DNA of 56,745 nt, counting the filler, from Sphacelaria rigidula (lineage: Eukaryota): NCBI GenBank assembly GCA_964200075.2. It is 5 parts of 5 records of this genome, joined end to end, with 100 filler letters (N's around TTAATTAATTAA, not from the genome) between each part and the next. Parts side by side here need not be neighbours in the genome. Positions count along the whole stretch, not along the records: positions 1 to 11,270 come from CAXNAA020005140.1; positions 11,371 to 22,640 come from CAXNAA020005141.1; 3 more parts are not named here. The stretch is one strand, 5' to 3'. The notes below the pieces were generated by a model, which saw only the letters and a program-made list of their open reading frames with translations, was not told the origin of the DNA and ran no database searches. Both the position numbers and the translations under genes were made by a program. Shown piece by piece: positions 1-12,372 of the stretch. The first letter of the stretch is position 1. Every line of letters starts with the position of its first letter.

Positions 1-69
1 GTCTCGAAAGGGATGCGTGGTCAATGGTCAAATGACTTAAGGCAAGCAACAAATGAGTACGCCCCCCCC
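1..69 (-). repeat. Dispersed repeat end, variant A; on the minus strand a G-tract followed by an LTR-like start
   Basis: GGGATGCGTGGTCAATGGTCAAATGACTTAAGGCAAGCAACAAATGAGTAC followed by a C-run; related copies at 4332, 11371 and 12290. Confidence 0.7.
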
Positions 70-3000
70 TTCATTGTGTACCGCGCGATATGATGTGTCG
101 ACCTAGACGTTCAATGCATGAACGCTCTCTCGATTTATTTGTCGACCGTTTCAAAGTTGAAGTCACCCACGTTCCCGCGCACGCGAACATGAACGGTGAA
201 ACGGAAAATAACTTAAAGGCTCGTCAAGTCGAGTATGTTACGGACCAGCCGTCATGCCGTGCTGGGTGATGATGTGTGCCTCCTCTCCCGTATTTGCATC
301 AAGAAATAGACAGTTGGCTGTGCCCCCGAGTCCATCGATCGAGACTTCATGTCTTCGGGTACCCTTGTTCATGCGGTACAGCACCGTCCGCGTTGACAGT
401 CCCGGGACAGTGCTCTGGCATCTGCGCGCAGCCCCGCTGAGTTTGAGCCTACTCGAAGCATCTATCGAGAGCCTATGGAGGTTCTGTGTTTGCTTTGAGG
501 GTCATATTAGTTTGTTGTTCGCGGCAGGGGTAGGGCGGGGAGCTTTCCCCAGCGCGCTCTCTCTGACGATGAACACATGAACCGCACAAACGATCTTTAA
601 TCTGTCCTCGCAAGGAACCGTGGAAATCCCGCACCCCTCGTATAAACAGCAACCATGTATGGTGAGCACAGCGCCGAACCGTTTCCTCGATGCACCTCGG
701 GATGCAGTGCCGTGAGTGGTCAACGGGTTTTGTTTTCGCGCTTTCCTCTTCTTTTTAGCAGACGCATGCCCTGCAGATACTAAAAAGGCAGAGTGCTCGC
801 GACAGTACTCAACATTCATTCGCTTGCTGTTTCCCATGGGGAGGTCCCGAGGCCCTTCGCCGAAACTCAGCCCCGCTCGGAGTCTGCAGCTTTAGCCAAA
901 AGCCTCCTGTATCACTCCGGATTCATGTCGTTTCTGGTACATGTTTCAAGAACTGATGCACGATATTTGTCGGGGGGCACTTGAGGGGAATCGACTGAGA
1001 CCAAGAAGTAACGGTCGACGCAGTCGCCCTCGGCTTCAGTGTGTCTCGAGAGCCATGTTTCCTTCCCCCTTTATTGGAACGAGTATTGCCTCCTCCGCGG
1101 CCACATGGCTCATTTCTGTAAAATATTCGTTTTTGGCGCTGACGTAATTGTGTAACTGGAATATATAGCCATATCCACGTTCTTTGAAGCGTATGTTGTA
1201 CAAGAATTATTTTGATGCTTCAACGAGAAAGTCACACCGATTTCAAACGCCGCTGAAATAGTGAAGTGATTTAGTCTCACCAAGGAAATAGAGGCAGTCC
1301 AACATGAAGGGGAAGAGGAACGGGTCGGTGGGGGAAGGGGAGCATTGCCGTGATAATATTTGAACTGCGGTGGCCTGCCGATATGAGCAAGGTCTCTGCT
1401 CGCTTTTTGAAACCTAGCGTACGCTGTTCCAAGACACGGGTTCGCAGATGTTTCTTCGCAGGCCGTGTGCTCCCTTGGATTGCGACGTATTCGGGTACAG
1501 TATCTTCATAAGTGCGAGGAGGGTCGAGCCATGAAAAAATCAAGCCCCGCACGTTTCGTGTTGACGCGTTTCTCCCTTTTCGTCTCCCTTTTGTCGGCGT
1601 CCCATTGCTGGTTTTGCCCAACGGTGGATCCGTGAGTGGGATTTGGAAGGCTGTGCTAGAAGTGTGTGAAGTGTAAGCTTTTATTCCTTACGGTGCCTGC
1701 CTCGTACTCCATCACTTCGTAGGTGGGAACCCTTTCGATCTGCTCCCCGAAGACATGAAATTGACCATGATGTACAACAGTGGCGCGCTCCGTTTCAGGG
1801 CGCCCTCACGTACTCCCTCAAACGCCCCTGCCTGTTCCAACGCTTCCCCAAGTTGAGAGTGCGGACAACTTGCGAGCCTAATGACGACTCGAGCCCTCAA
1901 CTTCACCAAGGGGATCTGTTTCGGGTTCATGATCTCGTCAAGATGGAGCGGGGGGCACAATTACAACGACAACAAAAATGATGGAATTGTAAAGATCTAT
2001 ATATCTCGCATGCCTTTTTAAATTCCTACTGTTCGAAGATTTTGGCTTGATGTTGCTGTCAAAGGTGTTGGGTGGGGATAATTCTACGGGAGACCGCATG
2101 GCGGCACGTCAGAATTATTTAAAGGAAGGGTGTAGTACGATGGGAGCATGGCGGCCTCTGTGGTCGCTCATGGTGCAATCCGCGGAGTACCCGGAAATCC
2201 TTCAGCCTGTTTTACATGGCGGAAGCACGGGTTGACCAGATAATTGATCTCTCGTTGCGTTTTGCTGGTACGGTACGGAGCCAGCAATTGCAACCGATCG
2301 TGTTGGGCGTACGTGATGATTCGCATACCCTCGTTATATATTTCATAACCTGCACTTATCCGGGCTTTTTTTTCGTGAAACCAGAGTCGAGAGTTCTAAT
2401 ATACATACCCTTCATATATTTTTTCAATACATGTTTTTGTGCTTGTTCACTCTCGGGCCGCTTGTTGTGGAGTTTGAAATTTGCAGCCGTCTGAGAAAAA
2501 GAGGGGGGGGGGAAATGTGTTTTTTTCGGATTTTTTTTCCAAGACCACTTGCTTATTGAGTTCAAGGTTTGCGCGCCAGATGGCAGGCGTGACGTTTCGG
2601 AGGCGGGTTTGTACTCCATTGTACTTGGTCATGTGCTGCAGGCTTGCAAATTGCACACACTCAGTGTGAGAGATAGAAAAGCACGGACATCGTGTCGTGC
2701 AAAGGAGGGACTGTGGCGTACCTATCAAACATGATGTCGTGAGGACAGGAGGCAGCGCCGACGAAACCGGTCGTTCCTCGTCCAAACCATGGCACTGTGA
2801 GTCCCCGATGATTCCTTGCCATCCATGATGTAATGCCCTCTGCGTCGACCATCGTACTTGTCATGATCGCGTTGACGACCATGCTGTTATTTAGCTGATG
2901 CACACCTTGTATGATCTCCTCCTTGGAGAGATGCTGTCTTCAGACTCCACACGACTCCTAACCCACCGCGTGCATGTGGAGCGTGGTCGACTGTAGTGTA

Positions 3001-4331
3001 CAACAGCGATTTCCGGAGAGAGTTGACCCGAGCCCGGAAAAAAGTGAGAACATTACTCGAAACGTTCTTCCTCGACACAGAAAACGCCGCACAAGATACG
3101 GTCGGTGTTCTAAAAGATCACCAAAAAATATGATGGGTATATATATATATATATATATTTGAACTGATTCTTTCTCTAGCACAAGCAGCGGCCTGAGACA
3201 AAAACATCCGATGTCAGCGTAAATATATTATTTATTCGGTCCACCTGGGAGCCAAACTGCTGTAAAGGTTCCTCTAACAGAAACCGGAGCCCGTCGCCCT
3301 GCCCCTCGTGATGGGCCGTTCTCAATTCCCATCGTCTGGGGGCGGGTTGAACTCTCTTCCTCAAGTTGTTGTTGAGGTGGAGCTTGTCGGTGGAGGATGC
3401 CTGTGAGCAGCTGAATGTTTCCCCCAGCTATATACCCTGCAATGCCTCGGGGAGATTTTTGCCCTTGTGTGGGACACGTTGTGCGTCTGATATTTGCCTG
3501 TCAGACTGCGCTGTCATGATGGGATGATGAGAGGATACTGGGCCTGAGTGTATATGTAGTGAAAGTGGAGCAAAGCTGGTTGGAGCAACAAACTGCGACT
3601 TTGACTGGTTGTAACGCTGTGTTCACCTACGATGTGTATATACACCAACACCTTGGACATTAGGTGCTTAACCCTCAGGGTGCGGGAGTTGTCCATCTGG
3701 ATCTCCATACTCTTTTCAAGTGAAATTGACGCCGATTCAACAGATGTCCTACTCTCGCTCTGGAAGGGTTGATAGCTGCAATAGGACTGTCCTTCACGTT
3801 TTTTTGTCTATCGCGACTATTGGTCATATATTGTCCAGGGTTTGATATATACCCACACTCAGCAGCTATATAACCACAGGATGTTCTTTGTGCTTTTTTT
3901 CCAAGGGAATAGTGCCATACCAGGGTGCTCGAGAGGTGTTGGGGTCGGAGACACATGTCAGAGGGCGAGGTAGGCAGCCCTTGAAGGTAGCGTATTCACA
4001 CACGCTGTTCACTGCACATTCGGCTTCGAGAATGGAGCAGATTATCGCTGCTTCAAATACCCAAACCTCCGATTTCCGATGCCTAATTTCGTCGAAAAAG
4101 AGGGGGAAGTTGATCGCGGATCACGAAAGTCTCTCTGCGCATTTTTCCCCTCTACTCCACGTGCCTGGGGTGCGTGTACCAGGAAGTGCATGCGAGCCTG
4201 ATAACAAAGTCCAAGGGTTGTTACGCACGTCACGAATCAAGTACATTAAAATCAAGTCATTTTCGGACGAATCAATATTCCTCCGACTCTTGCACAACTC
4301 CGTCGATCTTTCGCCCTTCCCCCCTACACAT

Positions 4332-4386
4332 GGTGTTAATGGTTGAACGACTAAGGCAAGCAACAAATGAGTACACCCCCCCCCCC
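4332..4386 (-). repeat. Second copy of repeat end, variant A
   Basis: AATGGTTGAACGACTAAGGCAAGCAACAAATGAGTACA followed by C11; the minus strand reads G11-TGTACTC, resembling a polypurine tract plus TG LTR start. Confidence 0.7.
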
Positions 4387-5708
4387 TATATCATGTGGCT
4401 GATTTTTGGACGTTTCGGCGGAATATCCTTGGACTAATTTCGGCTGCATGGCGTGGTATCGCTGCCATATACGCGCTCATCAATCTGTAGCAAGCCAGGT
4501 GCGATAACTCCGCAACGGTCGCACCTAGCTTAGCCCCTGGTGGTCTCAAATTACGATCCAGCGGGGATCGTTTTGGCTTGCTCCGCCCCATTCAACCCTC
4601 CGCACTGCGTTCCGACTGCAGGTCGTATCGGGACTGTCGTGGTGTCGGGGACTGTTGGTACCCCATACGGTAGTGTTCTCGTGAGTGTGGTTCCATGATC
4701 TGACTGCACTTCGGAACCCCCTCCTCAGGGGCTCGAGCCTCCAAAATTATAACCAGGTGATAATTTTTTCTCATGAGTTACGTCACAGAATTTATTGCAA
4801 CGCTATGGATTGTTTTGCCACCTAGCAACGTCAGCACCAGCATAATGGACAATGACAATGATGAATGTATCCCTAGCACCGACCATGAGATTGTGCAGGC
4901 GTCCAGGCATACAATCACTCGGCTGCAGGTCGGTTGAGACAGTTTTTACATCCCTGATGAAAAATCATTGCGTTGTCAATAAGTGTACTGCGAACAGTAC
5001 TGACTATTGCAATCGACAATAGATCCATACTGTACCCAGTACATTTTTCACTGTATAATCTAGTGTCCAGGGTGTGGCGATTCTGCGCATACCCTGGGCC
5101 TGGTCACGATAGCCTTGTTTCCAAGAGGAAGATATGGTGTTGGGCGTCACCGCCTACCGTTAGCTGCGAAACAAAAGCTGTCCCTGGGATGCCAACGATC
5201 ACGCAATCAGCCACATGCGCGGGAGCATCCCCGACAGGCATCGTTCGATTCCGGGATCCAGACTGTACGTTACTACCGCATTGTGTACCGCCACCGTGGT
5301 ACATGTTGCATGTTGACGCTCCGCATGTTGAAGGGGCATATTGCTGCTTCTCCCCTTGCGGTGGAACAGCGCGTTCCGAATACGGAGATTCCCGTCATAC
5401 GCTTTACGCATCTCCTGCTGTTCGACTCCATCCCCTGAACAATATATGGTCAGTACTTCCAAGAGACAGGAAATATGCTGCGTAAAGTGTGGGCGTATTG
5501 CAACTACTATCGGCCTGACAATAGTTGCAATAGGCCCATACTTTATGCAGTACATTTTTGTATATTGCTAATATTGACCACATGTGTCATTGTCCAGGAT
5601 GCGTCCAACTCCAAAGCAGTACAGGGCGGTACCGTACAGTACCCTACCGCGCCCAGTACCTGTCGCACTAACGTTTACCATTTTTTTGTCCTATTTGAAC
5701 TTTTTGCC

Positions 5709-5963
5709 GGTCCCCCCGGTGGCTCAGTTGGTAACCTCGAAACATTCTGACGATTGGGTCGTGGGTTCGAAACTCGGAGCGATCTGGGATTTTTTCTCAC
5801 ACGGTGCCCGAGAGTGGAGAGCGACTGCCATGTCATGGGTACACAAAATTCGACTTCACGGTCGACGAGGGAAAGGGGGCTGCTGAACCCCTCTCGCGAT
5901 AAAAAATAAAGGCAAGCACCGCAGAAGTAGGGTGGAGAAGTAAAGTAAATAAATAAATAAAAA
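5709..5963 (+). mobile_element. tRNA-derived SINE
   Basis: Pol III A box TGGCTCAGTTGG (5720-5731), B box GGTTCGAAAC (5764-5773), unrelated body and (AAAT)n tail; the 3' body recurs inverted at 8176-8266. Confidence 0.7.
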
Positions 5964-6055
5964 CTCCTGTGTTGGCGTTTCTCCTGTGCGATCCCGGCTG
6001 GTGCGCCCACACGTACCGAAAGGGGTAGACCGACGCTCAAAATGAATAGGATGAC

Positions 6056-6094
<39 letters not shown>
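6056..6094. repeat. (CA)n microsatellite
   Basis: About 19 CA units. Confidence 0.95.
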
Positions 6095-6098
<4 letters not shown>

Positions 6099-7242
6099 TT
6101 TTATTTTTTTCACCTGTTGTGAGAAAGCAATCAATGCCGCCGGTAATTTTGTATTGGTAGGATGGAAGCCACCCTCTCTCGTGACGGAGCAGAGCCTTTT
6201 CCGACGCGCATACTCAGGTTTGATTTCGTTCGTGTTGATACGTTGTGGTCATCCTTGTCCCCAAAGCGCCGAAGGCCCGCTGTATATCTGATGATGTATT
6301 TTTGTGTGCATATTACGGTATACCGCCAACGGTCGGTCTCTCACGAGTACACTACTGTATCGTTTTGGAGAAAAAGTTGTCATGTCGCAGTCCGCACTGT
6401 GTTGAGTCAGTTCATCGTCCAGGAGCCACGGTCGCCATCATAGTATGGTCCCGCGACGCGCACCGCCGCCACTTTGATGCGGTCAAAGATCGCGTTTGTC
6501 GCAGCAAGTTGAACCATGACATGGCGAATAACTGTACCAAAACTCAAACTTTGAAGCACTCTACGACTGGCCAGAGCAGAGACATGTACACTCACGAGTT
6601 CACTGATGGCGATGCCGGACAGGCTAAGCGTAAGCTACTGTTGGAAGCAATCGATAGCTGTTTCAACACGATACCGGGCCCTAATCCATGCTAGCGCACA
6701 GAAGACTGCCTCGTATCAACAAGAAATATTTTGATTCTCCCATCTACAGTGTGACGATATATATATATATATATTGTCTTCCCCTTGTCCAATAAATAAA
6801 GTTCAACAAACAAAGCATACCGTCCATCAACCAACCAACCGGTTAATTAGTTTCTTAGTTGATGCATTTAGATATTATTTATGTAACGCCGTTAGGAACT
6901 CCAATTTTTATTTTCGAGACGATTGGTATATACGATGACGGAGTGTCCGGGGTCATGCCGCAGTCCGCATCTAGGTTGTTTTTCTACAGATCGCACTTTT
7001 TTTTTTTTTCTTCACCGATCACACTTTTGGTGGAGCCATCATTTCACTGTAGAATTGCACGCAGATTTTGAACTGTACCTACGGTTATTGTGCATACATA
7101 CCACCGTACTATCACCTTCGGGACCCCATTTTTCTCCTCTGTACCTGTCCGTGAACGGAACTGGGATTATTGTCCTGGATGTGTGTTGGCGATTTTTTTA
7201 TTTGTTCTCACGACATGTACACATATCGAGGCTGAGGTTTGA

Positions 7243-7280
7243 CCTTACCCCAACCCCACCCCTAACCTAAACGCTAACCC
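7243..7280. repeat. Degenerate (CCCTAA)n telomere-like array
   Basis: CCTTACCCCAACCCCACCCCTAACCTAAACGCTAACCC. Confidence 0.45.
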
Positions 7281-8175
7281 CATGATGTGTTTCACCTCTT
7301 TTGTTCACCTTTTGGTTACCACGAGAGGACCAAAAGCTATGGCTGGTACAGTGGTCACCAAGTAAAAATGTTGCGGGTTCAACTGATAAGGGATAGACAA
7401 ACACACAAGACGCTCGACCGAGTAAAATGTGTACCTCTGTCCCCCTTTGATCTACGCCTCGGAGACACGGTACTGTATCTTGACACATGGATACATTTAT
7501 TGCAGCCCCCATTCACGGCAGTTTTGAATATCGAACGGGAAAAAAAAAAAGTTCGATACGACATTGTCAAAATGTCGACGTAAAGAGGTCGATATACGAT
7601 ACGAAATTGTTCGAAGTATAATGAGTGAAGGAAATAATAAAATATTGAGGATAGGATTGTTGTAGCAGTGCGGGAATTCGTGAAAACCGAAGAATATCCT
7701 TGCACAACCGACATCGTCCGTCCGCTTCCATTGAGCATTCACTGACACTGCTCCGCCCCCGCCTTCCCCCCGGCGGCAATGCACTACTTGCGAAACGCAT
7801 GTAAAGTTTGTAGCCAGTCGGGTCATCCCTACATCTCGTGGCGGGACCGTCGGGTGGTGAATGTCGAAGGCGATAATCGCTGCAGTAGCAGCTTCTTATC
7901 TTGAGGTTGGCGCCCATCCAATGCGAGGAGATCTAGATGCTGTAGTACAACTGAAAAGTAGTTGCGGGGGAAAATTGAGGCTCGTACACAATTCGAACCT
8001 TATGAAATATTTGTACATCCCTGTCGTCGCATGACTCTGCGCTTGGGTTTCTTTCTAGAAAGTGTCTGATTTTTAGTTTGCCTGTGGCTACGGAAGGCGT
8101 CCGCACCAGATGCCCAATACAGTACAGAGTGTGCGTGTGTGTTGCCATCAGATCTATTCTGGACGCCAGTCTACA

Positions 8176-8266
8176 CCTTCCTTCTGCAGTGCTTGCCTTA
8201 TTTTTTTTCGCCAGAGGGGTTCAGCAGTTCCTTTCCCTCATGGACTCTGACGTCGAATTTTGAGTA
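8176..8266 (-). repeat. 5'-truncated inverted copy of the SINE at 5709
   Basis: Reverse complement GTACTCAAAATTCGACGTC...GAGGGAAAGG..CTGCTGAACCCCTCT.GCGAAAAAAAATAAGGCAAGCACTGCAGAAG aligns to about 5838-5926. Confidence 0.75.
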
Positions 8267-8962
8267 CTGCGCAAATATCGGGACGGTTTTTAATGTCTCG
8301 TATTTTTTTGCGGGCGAAAATTTGGGCATTTTTTTCCGGGGTGGGCGACCGATTTGCGTACACGCTCATGGGTAGTGCAGGCAGTATTCAACTACACGGT
8401 GTTCAAATCTCGATTTTTCCCACATCCTCCTGTATCCAGAGAGTATGGCCTTGGCTCCCTATACCACACCTCACACTCTTCTTCACATCCTACAGTACGA
8501 AACACACTGTCTGTACAGAGGTAGTACAGACAACACCGTAGTGTCTGGACGGAATACAAGTAAACAAATACAGCCTCACGAATCCCCCCGCCTTTTTCGT
8601 TCCAAAGCGTGCGAATTCACTCGGACCCTAACCATTCACAGCGAACGATTTCATTTCCGCCTCCACTAAATTGTTCGATAGCAAGTAGACTACAACTTGA
8701 CTCCTTCTGTGGCCACGGAAAAAAGCAGAATTCCGTATTTTGGCGCAGAAAAACGGCCGCGAAAACATCAGCAGGAAACCCGAAATAAGTCGCAGATTTT
8801 CAGAAAATACAGCAGATTTTAGAGAGGATGGAGCATAATTGACGCAGATTGCCAAGAGGACAGCGCAGACTTGCGATTTCCCCGGGCAAAAAACCTGCAG
8901 ACAGACGGGCAGACCTCCTCCTTTCAGGGCCCTACAGGCTACACGTTTATGTTCCACGTTTC

Positions 8963-9110
8963 ACGTCGAAAAGTTAAGCCAGGCTAGTACTATGGTGGGG
9001 AGGGGGGGGGGGGACCACGCGGGAAGCTCTCTTGAAAAGTCAAGTCAAATCAGGGCTCCCCATTTGGTCCCCCACCGTATTTACTACTAGCCCAGCTTAA
9101 CTTTCGACGT
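8963..9110. mobile_element. Small MITE (about 150 bp)
   Basis: Imperfect TIRs ACGTCGAAAAGTTAAGCCAGGCTAGTA / TACTAGCCCAGCTTAACTTTCGACGT. Confidence 0.65.
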
Positions 9111-11270
9111 ACAAAATAGGGCAGAAGAAAAAAAAGAGCAAGAAAAGCAGAAAAAACGCAGAAGAAAGCAAGCGACACTGACACGACACGGCCCCACCGG
9201 TCTTGACTTTTTCAAACCTGGGTGGATTGTCGGAATGTCGGGATTCATTTTTCGATCGAGTGTCATACAGATTCAACGGATGGTCGAGACCCTGTCGTTT
9301 AAAGGGTTGAATCAAACAGGCACGGGGCCGACCGTTGAATGGGCAGAAAACAGGCGCGCACGGCCCAATGTAATTTCGTCCGTGTTTGAACCCTCAGACC
9401 ACAGTACGGGTAGTCCACGTGGACCAGGCGTACTTTTTTTTAGTTAATATTGATGCCGATTCAGCAGGTGATCTACCTACCCTCACCGTCTGAGAGTCAA
9501 TGGGACAAAAAAGGCGAAAATGGGCCATGACAACAGGGAGAGTGATTCTGGCAGTTTTGATGGTTTTGGCGATTTTGAGTTTGATTTTGTTTGATTTTGT
9601 TTGATTTTGTTGTTCTGATTGGTTGAGAGCTGATGGGCAACCAATCGGAAGGACCATTTTTTTATTATTATCATTTCCGCACATTAGTCCGATCTCTCGA
9701 ACCCGTGGTCACAGACGTGAGCTCATCTTTTTACCATCCCTGCTATTCCTTACAAAACGCAGTCCTTCATCGTTTTTTCCTAGACTCTAGCCTCATTACA
9801 GGAAGAAACGCAATCGACTGAAGTATTACCAAAATGAAAATAAGGAGAGGGACGCCAAGAAAAAACATGAGAAGTAGCTTCCCCAAGTTCAACGGGGTGG
9901 AAAGAAAACAAAAACTTGCAGATCTGCTAAGAAAAGCACACCGAAAGAAAGGGAAAGAAAAAAAAGACAGTGGACCAAATAAAACAAGAAACAAAAGCAA
10001 CAAAAATCGCCAGAATTACCGTCACTCTCACGGCGCGTTCTCACTTTTTACTTTTCTTGTCTCATTCAAACAACGCCCTCAGAAATAATAATCGACACGC
10101 CGCGGCACCGATGGAGAGAAAAATGCATGGCACGGCTGTATAAGAGGGTAACTCACGCGAAACCAACGCAGACGACAGGCTTGTATGTAATGTGTATCAG
10201 GTTCATATCTGCGTGATATAATGATTGATACATCGTGATGAATCTATACTTCCTCTGTCCCATAAGCCGGTTATGTTTATACGAGCCCTTAACGTTGTCC
10301 GATCTGATTTTCGATGTTTTTTTAGGTAGAACAACTTTTTTTTTGCAGCACGCTGTTGAACCATGCGGCCGAACGGCCGCAAAAAAATCTGTCGACCAAA
10401 AAAAATGCCGCAATTCGCCCCTTTCCCAAGGGCAAAAAAGTGTTGGAAAAAAAAGGTTTTCTTAACCGTCCTCGGCCTCAGCCAGGAAGTCCCAAGCTCT
10501 TTCAAAGGCATCCGCATCGTATTTGACCACCCTTTCCGACGTCCCCGCCCTCTGCCGTACCCTCACCCCGGTATGCATCACACTAAAGTCGTTATCGCCC
10601 ATCTTTCGGAGTGTTTGGTCATGAAAATTCTCAACAATGGTCAAAATGGGGTATATTCTGACCTGATTTCATTAGTGTGAACGAACTTTTTATATTTTTT
10701 TTATGCGCTGAGTCTGCGTTTTATCTTTCTACAAAACCCAACTACAGGGTAATCGTCAACACCATTCCACCCAAACAAAAAAAGCGCCCATAACCGACCA
10801 GACTTACGGGACAGAGGAAGTATAATATATCGCACTGACAATAGATCGAAATCAATCGAATATGACCATGTATCACATATCACCTCTCGAACTTCTTTAC
10901 ATTGGATAAAGCCAAATGACCTGATGCGGTGACTGCCATTGTGGTTTTTACTATAATGCCAAAAAACTGGTAGGGGCGGATTGGTGAGTGATGCACAGTT
11001 TCCCAGCAGACGGGCGCCGCAATGGAATGGTTTGCTGATGATTACGAGGCTTGGAAAAGTGCCGGTTCGAGATAATCGCTTTCCCTTTTCCATCGTTTCC
11101 TTATGCGTATTCGTAAAAAACTAAACGAGCGCGACGGCGATGTTGCGCGTATGTCTGGACGCGGGTGCGTACAGGCTCCACTGTGAAGGACCGGGGGGGG
11201 GGGGGGGGGGGGGGATGGTGCGTTTTTTGTTGAAGCAAGAGGTGCGGTGGGGGGGGGGTGGTCGAGCGAG

Positions 11271-11370
11271 NNNNNNNNNNNNNNNNNNNNNNNNNNNNNN
11301 NNNNNNNNNNNNNNTTAATTAATTAANNNNNNNNNNNNNNNNNNNNNNNNNNNNNNNNNNNNNNNNNNNN
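11271..11370. other. Artificial contig spacer (N run with central TTAATTAATTAA)
   Basis: 100 nt; identical spacers at 22641, 34010 and 45379; TTAATTAATTAA gives stops in all six frames. Confidence 0.97.
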
Positions 11371-12372
11371 GTCTAATGACTATGGCATGCATGATCATGA
11401 GTACACCCCCCCTCCCCCCCCCCTTTGGAGGGTCGGCGTTGGTTGACAACGATGCTGTTAACCGGGCCACTCACTGCGTAAGCTAGGGAGCCAGCTTACC
11501 AATTTTTCGCCTGCGTTTTTCAACGGAGAACATGATGGTCGAGCTACATTATTTTGTGCGGCGTGGGAGAACCTCAACTCCGTGCAAAGTAGATGATCGT
11601 ATCACGTAGTATTTAAATGGTGAGACACCCGTGAGGCAATGTCTAACCTGTGTCTGTCTCTGGAAGTGGCCATAAACACGGGATCTTACAAATTATTGGG
11701 GATGGATCTTTCATCGGGGATGAGAAACCCGGAGGAATAAAAAACTTCGTATCCACACCAAATCTTCGAAATATGGTTCTATTTCTTCACCTACTGATAG
11801 CTATTGACAACTGCTACATGCCATACATATTTGGATTTCGATCACCGAAGTTTTGGGGTCCTAGGTGAAAAAAAAATCGGAACCATTTTGGCGTCCGTTC
11901 GGACACCCGGAATTCCTCAAAATTGCCTTTTCACCTAGGACCCCAACATTTCGGTGATCGAAATCCAAATTTGTATGGAGTATAGCAGTTGTCACTAGCT
12001 ATCAGTAGGTGTAGAAATGGAATCATATTTCGAAGATTCGATGTGGATACGAAGATTTCAATTCTCCGGATTTCTCGTCCCCAATTTGTAAGATCCCGTG
12101 TTCATACCAGAAAAATAAAGCGACTCACTGCAGACTGTCTTCCAAATGCAAGATAATTCGTAGGCTTTAGGCCGAACAGTCTTAGCAGGATGCAGCTCAC
12201 CCTTCACGCGACTCGCCGAACACACCACGGCGCTTCGCGCTTGGTGATTAAGTGCGAGCCTGGTCCGGCGAAAATCCGGCGTGCTCTGTCCCGGCTTGGA
12301 AGGGATGCGAGGTCAATGGTCACATGACTACGGCATGCATGATCATGAGTACTCGCCCAACCCCCCCACCCC
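11371..12372 (-). mobile_element. TRIM-like non-coding LTR element, variant B, interrupted by a MITE
   Basis: Direct repeat ATGACTA(T/C)GGCATGCATGATCATGAGTAC at 11376-11404 and about 12325-12352, each followed by a C-rich tract; spacing is about 515 bp once the MITE is removed; no coding signal. Confidence 0.5.
11675..12102. mobile_element. Fold-back MITE with long (about 175-195 bp) inverted arms
   Basis: AACACGGGATCTTACAAATT...GGGGTCCTAGGTGAAAA is mirrored by TTTTCACCTAGGACCCC...AATTTGTAAGATCCCGTGTT; CATA flanks both sides (11671-11674, 12103-12106). Confidence 0.9.

Noticed and set aside
231..480. Minus-strand open stretch (about 80 codons) as a terminal exon
   Set aside because: No recognisable domain or partner exons, and it lies in repeat-rich DNA.
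5709..5785. Functional tRNA gene (also 49960-50030 on the minus strand)
   Set aside because: A and B boxes are present but I find no convincing acceptor or anticodon stems; each is followed by a body and A-rich tail, so they are called SINEs.
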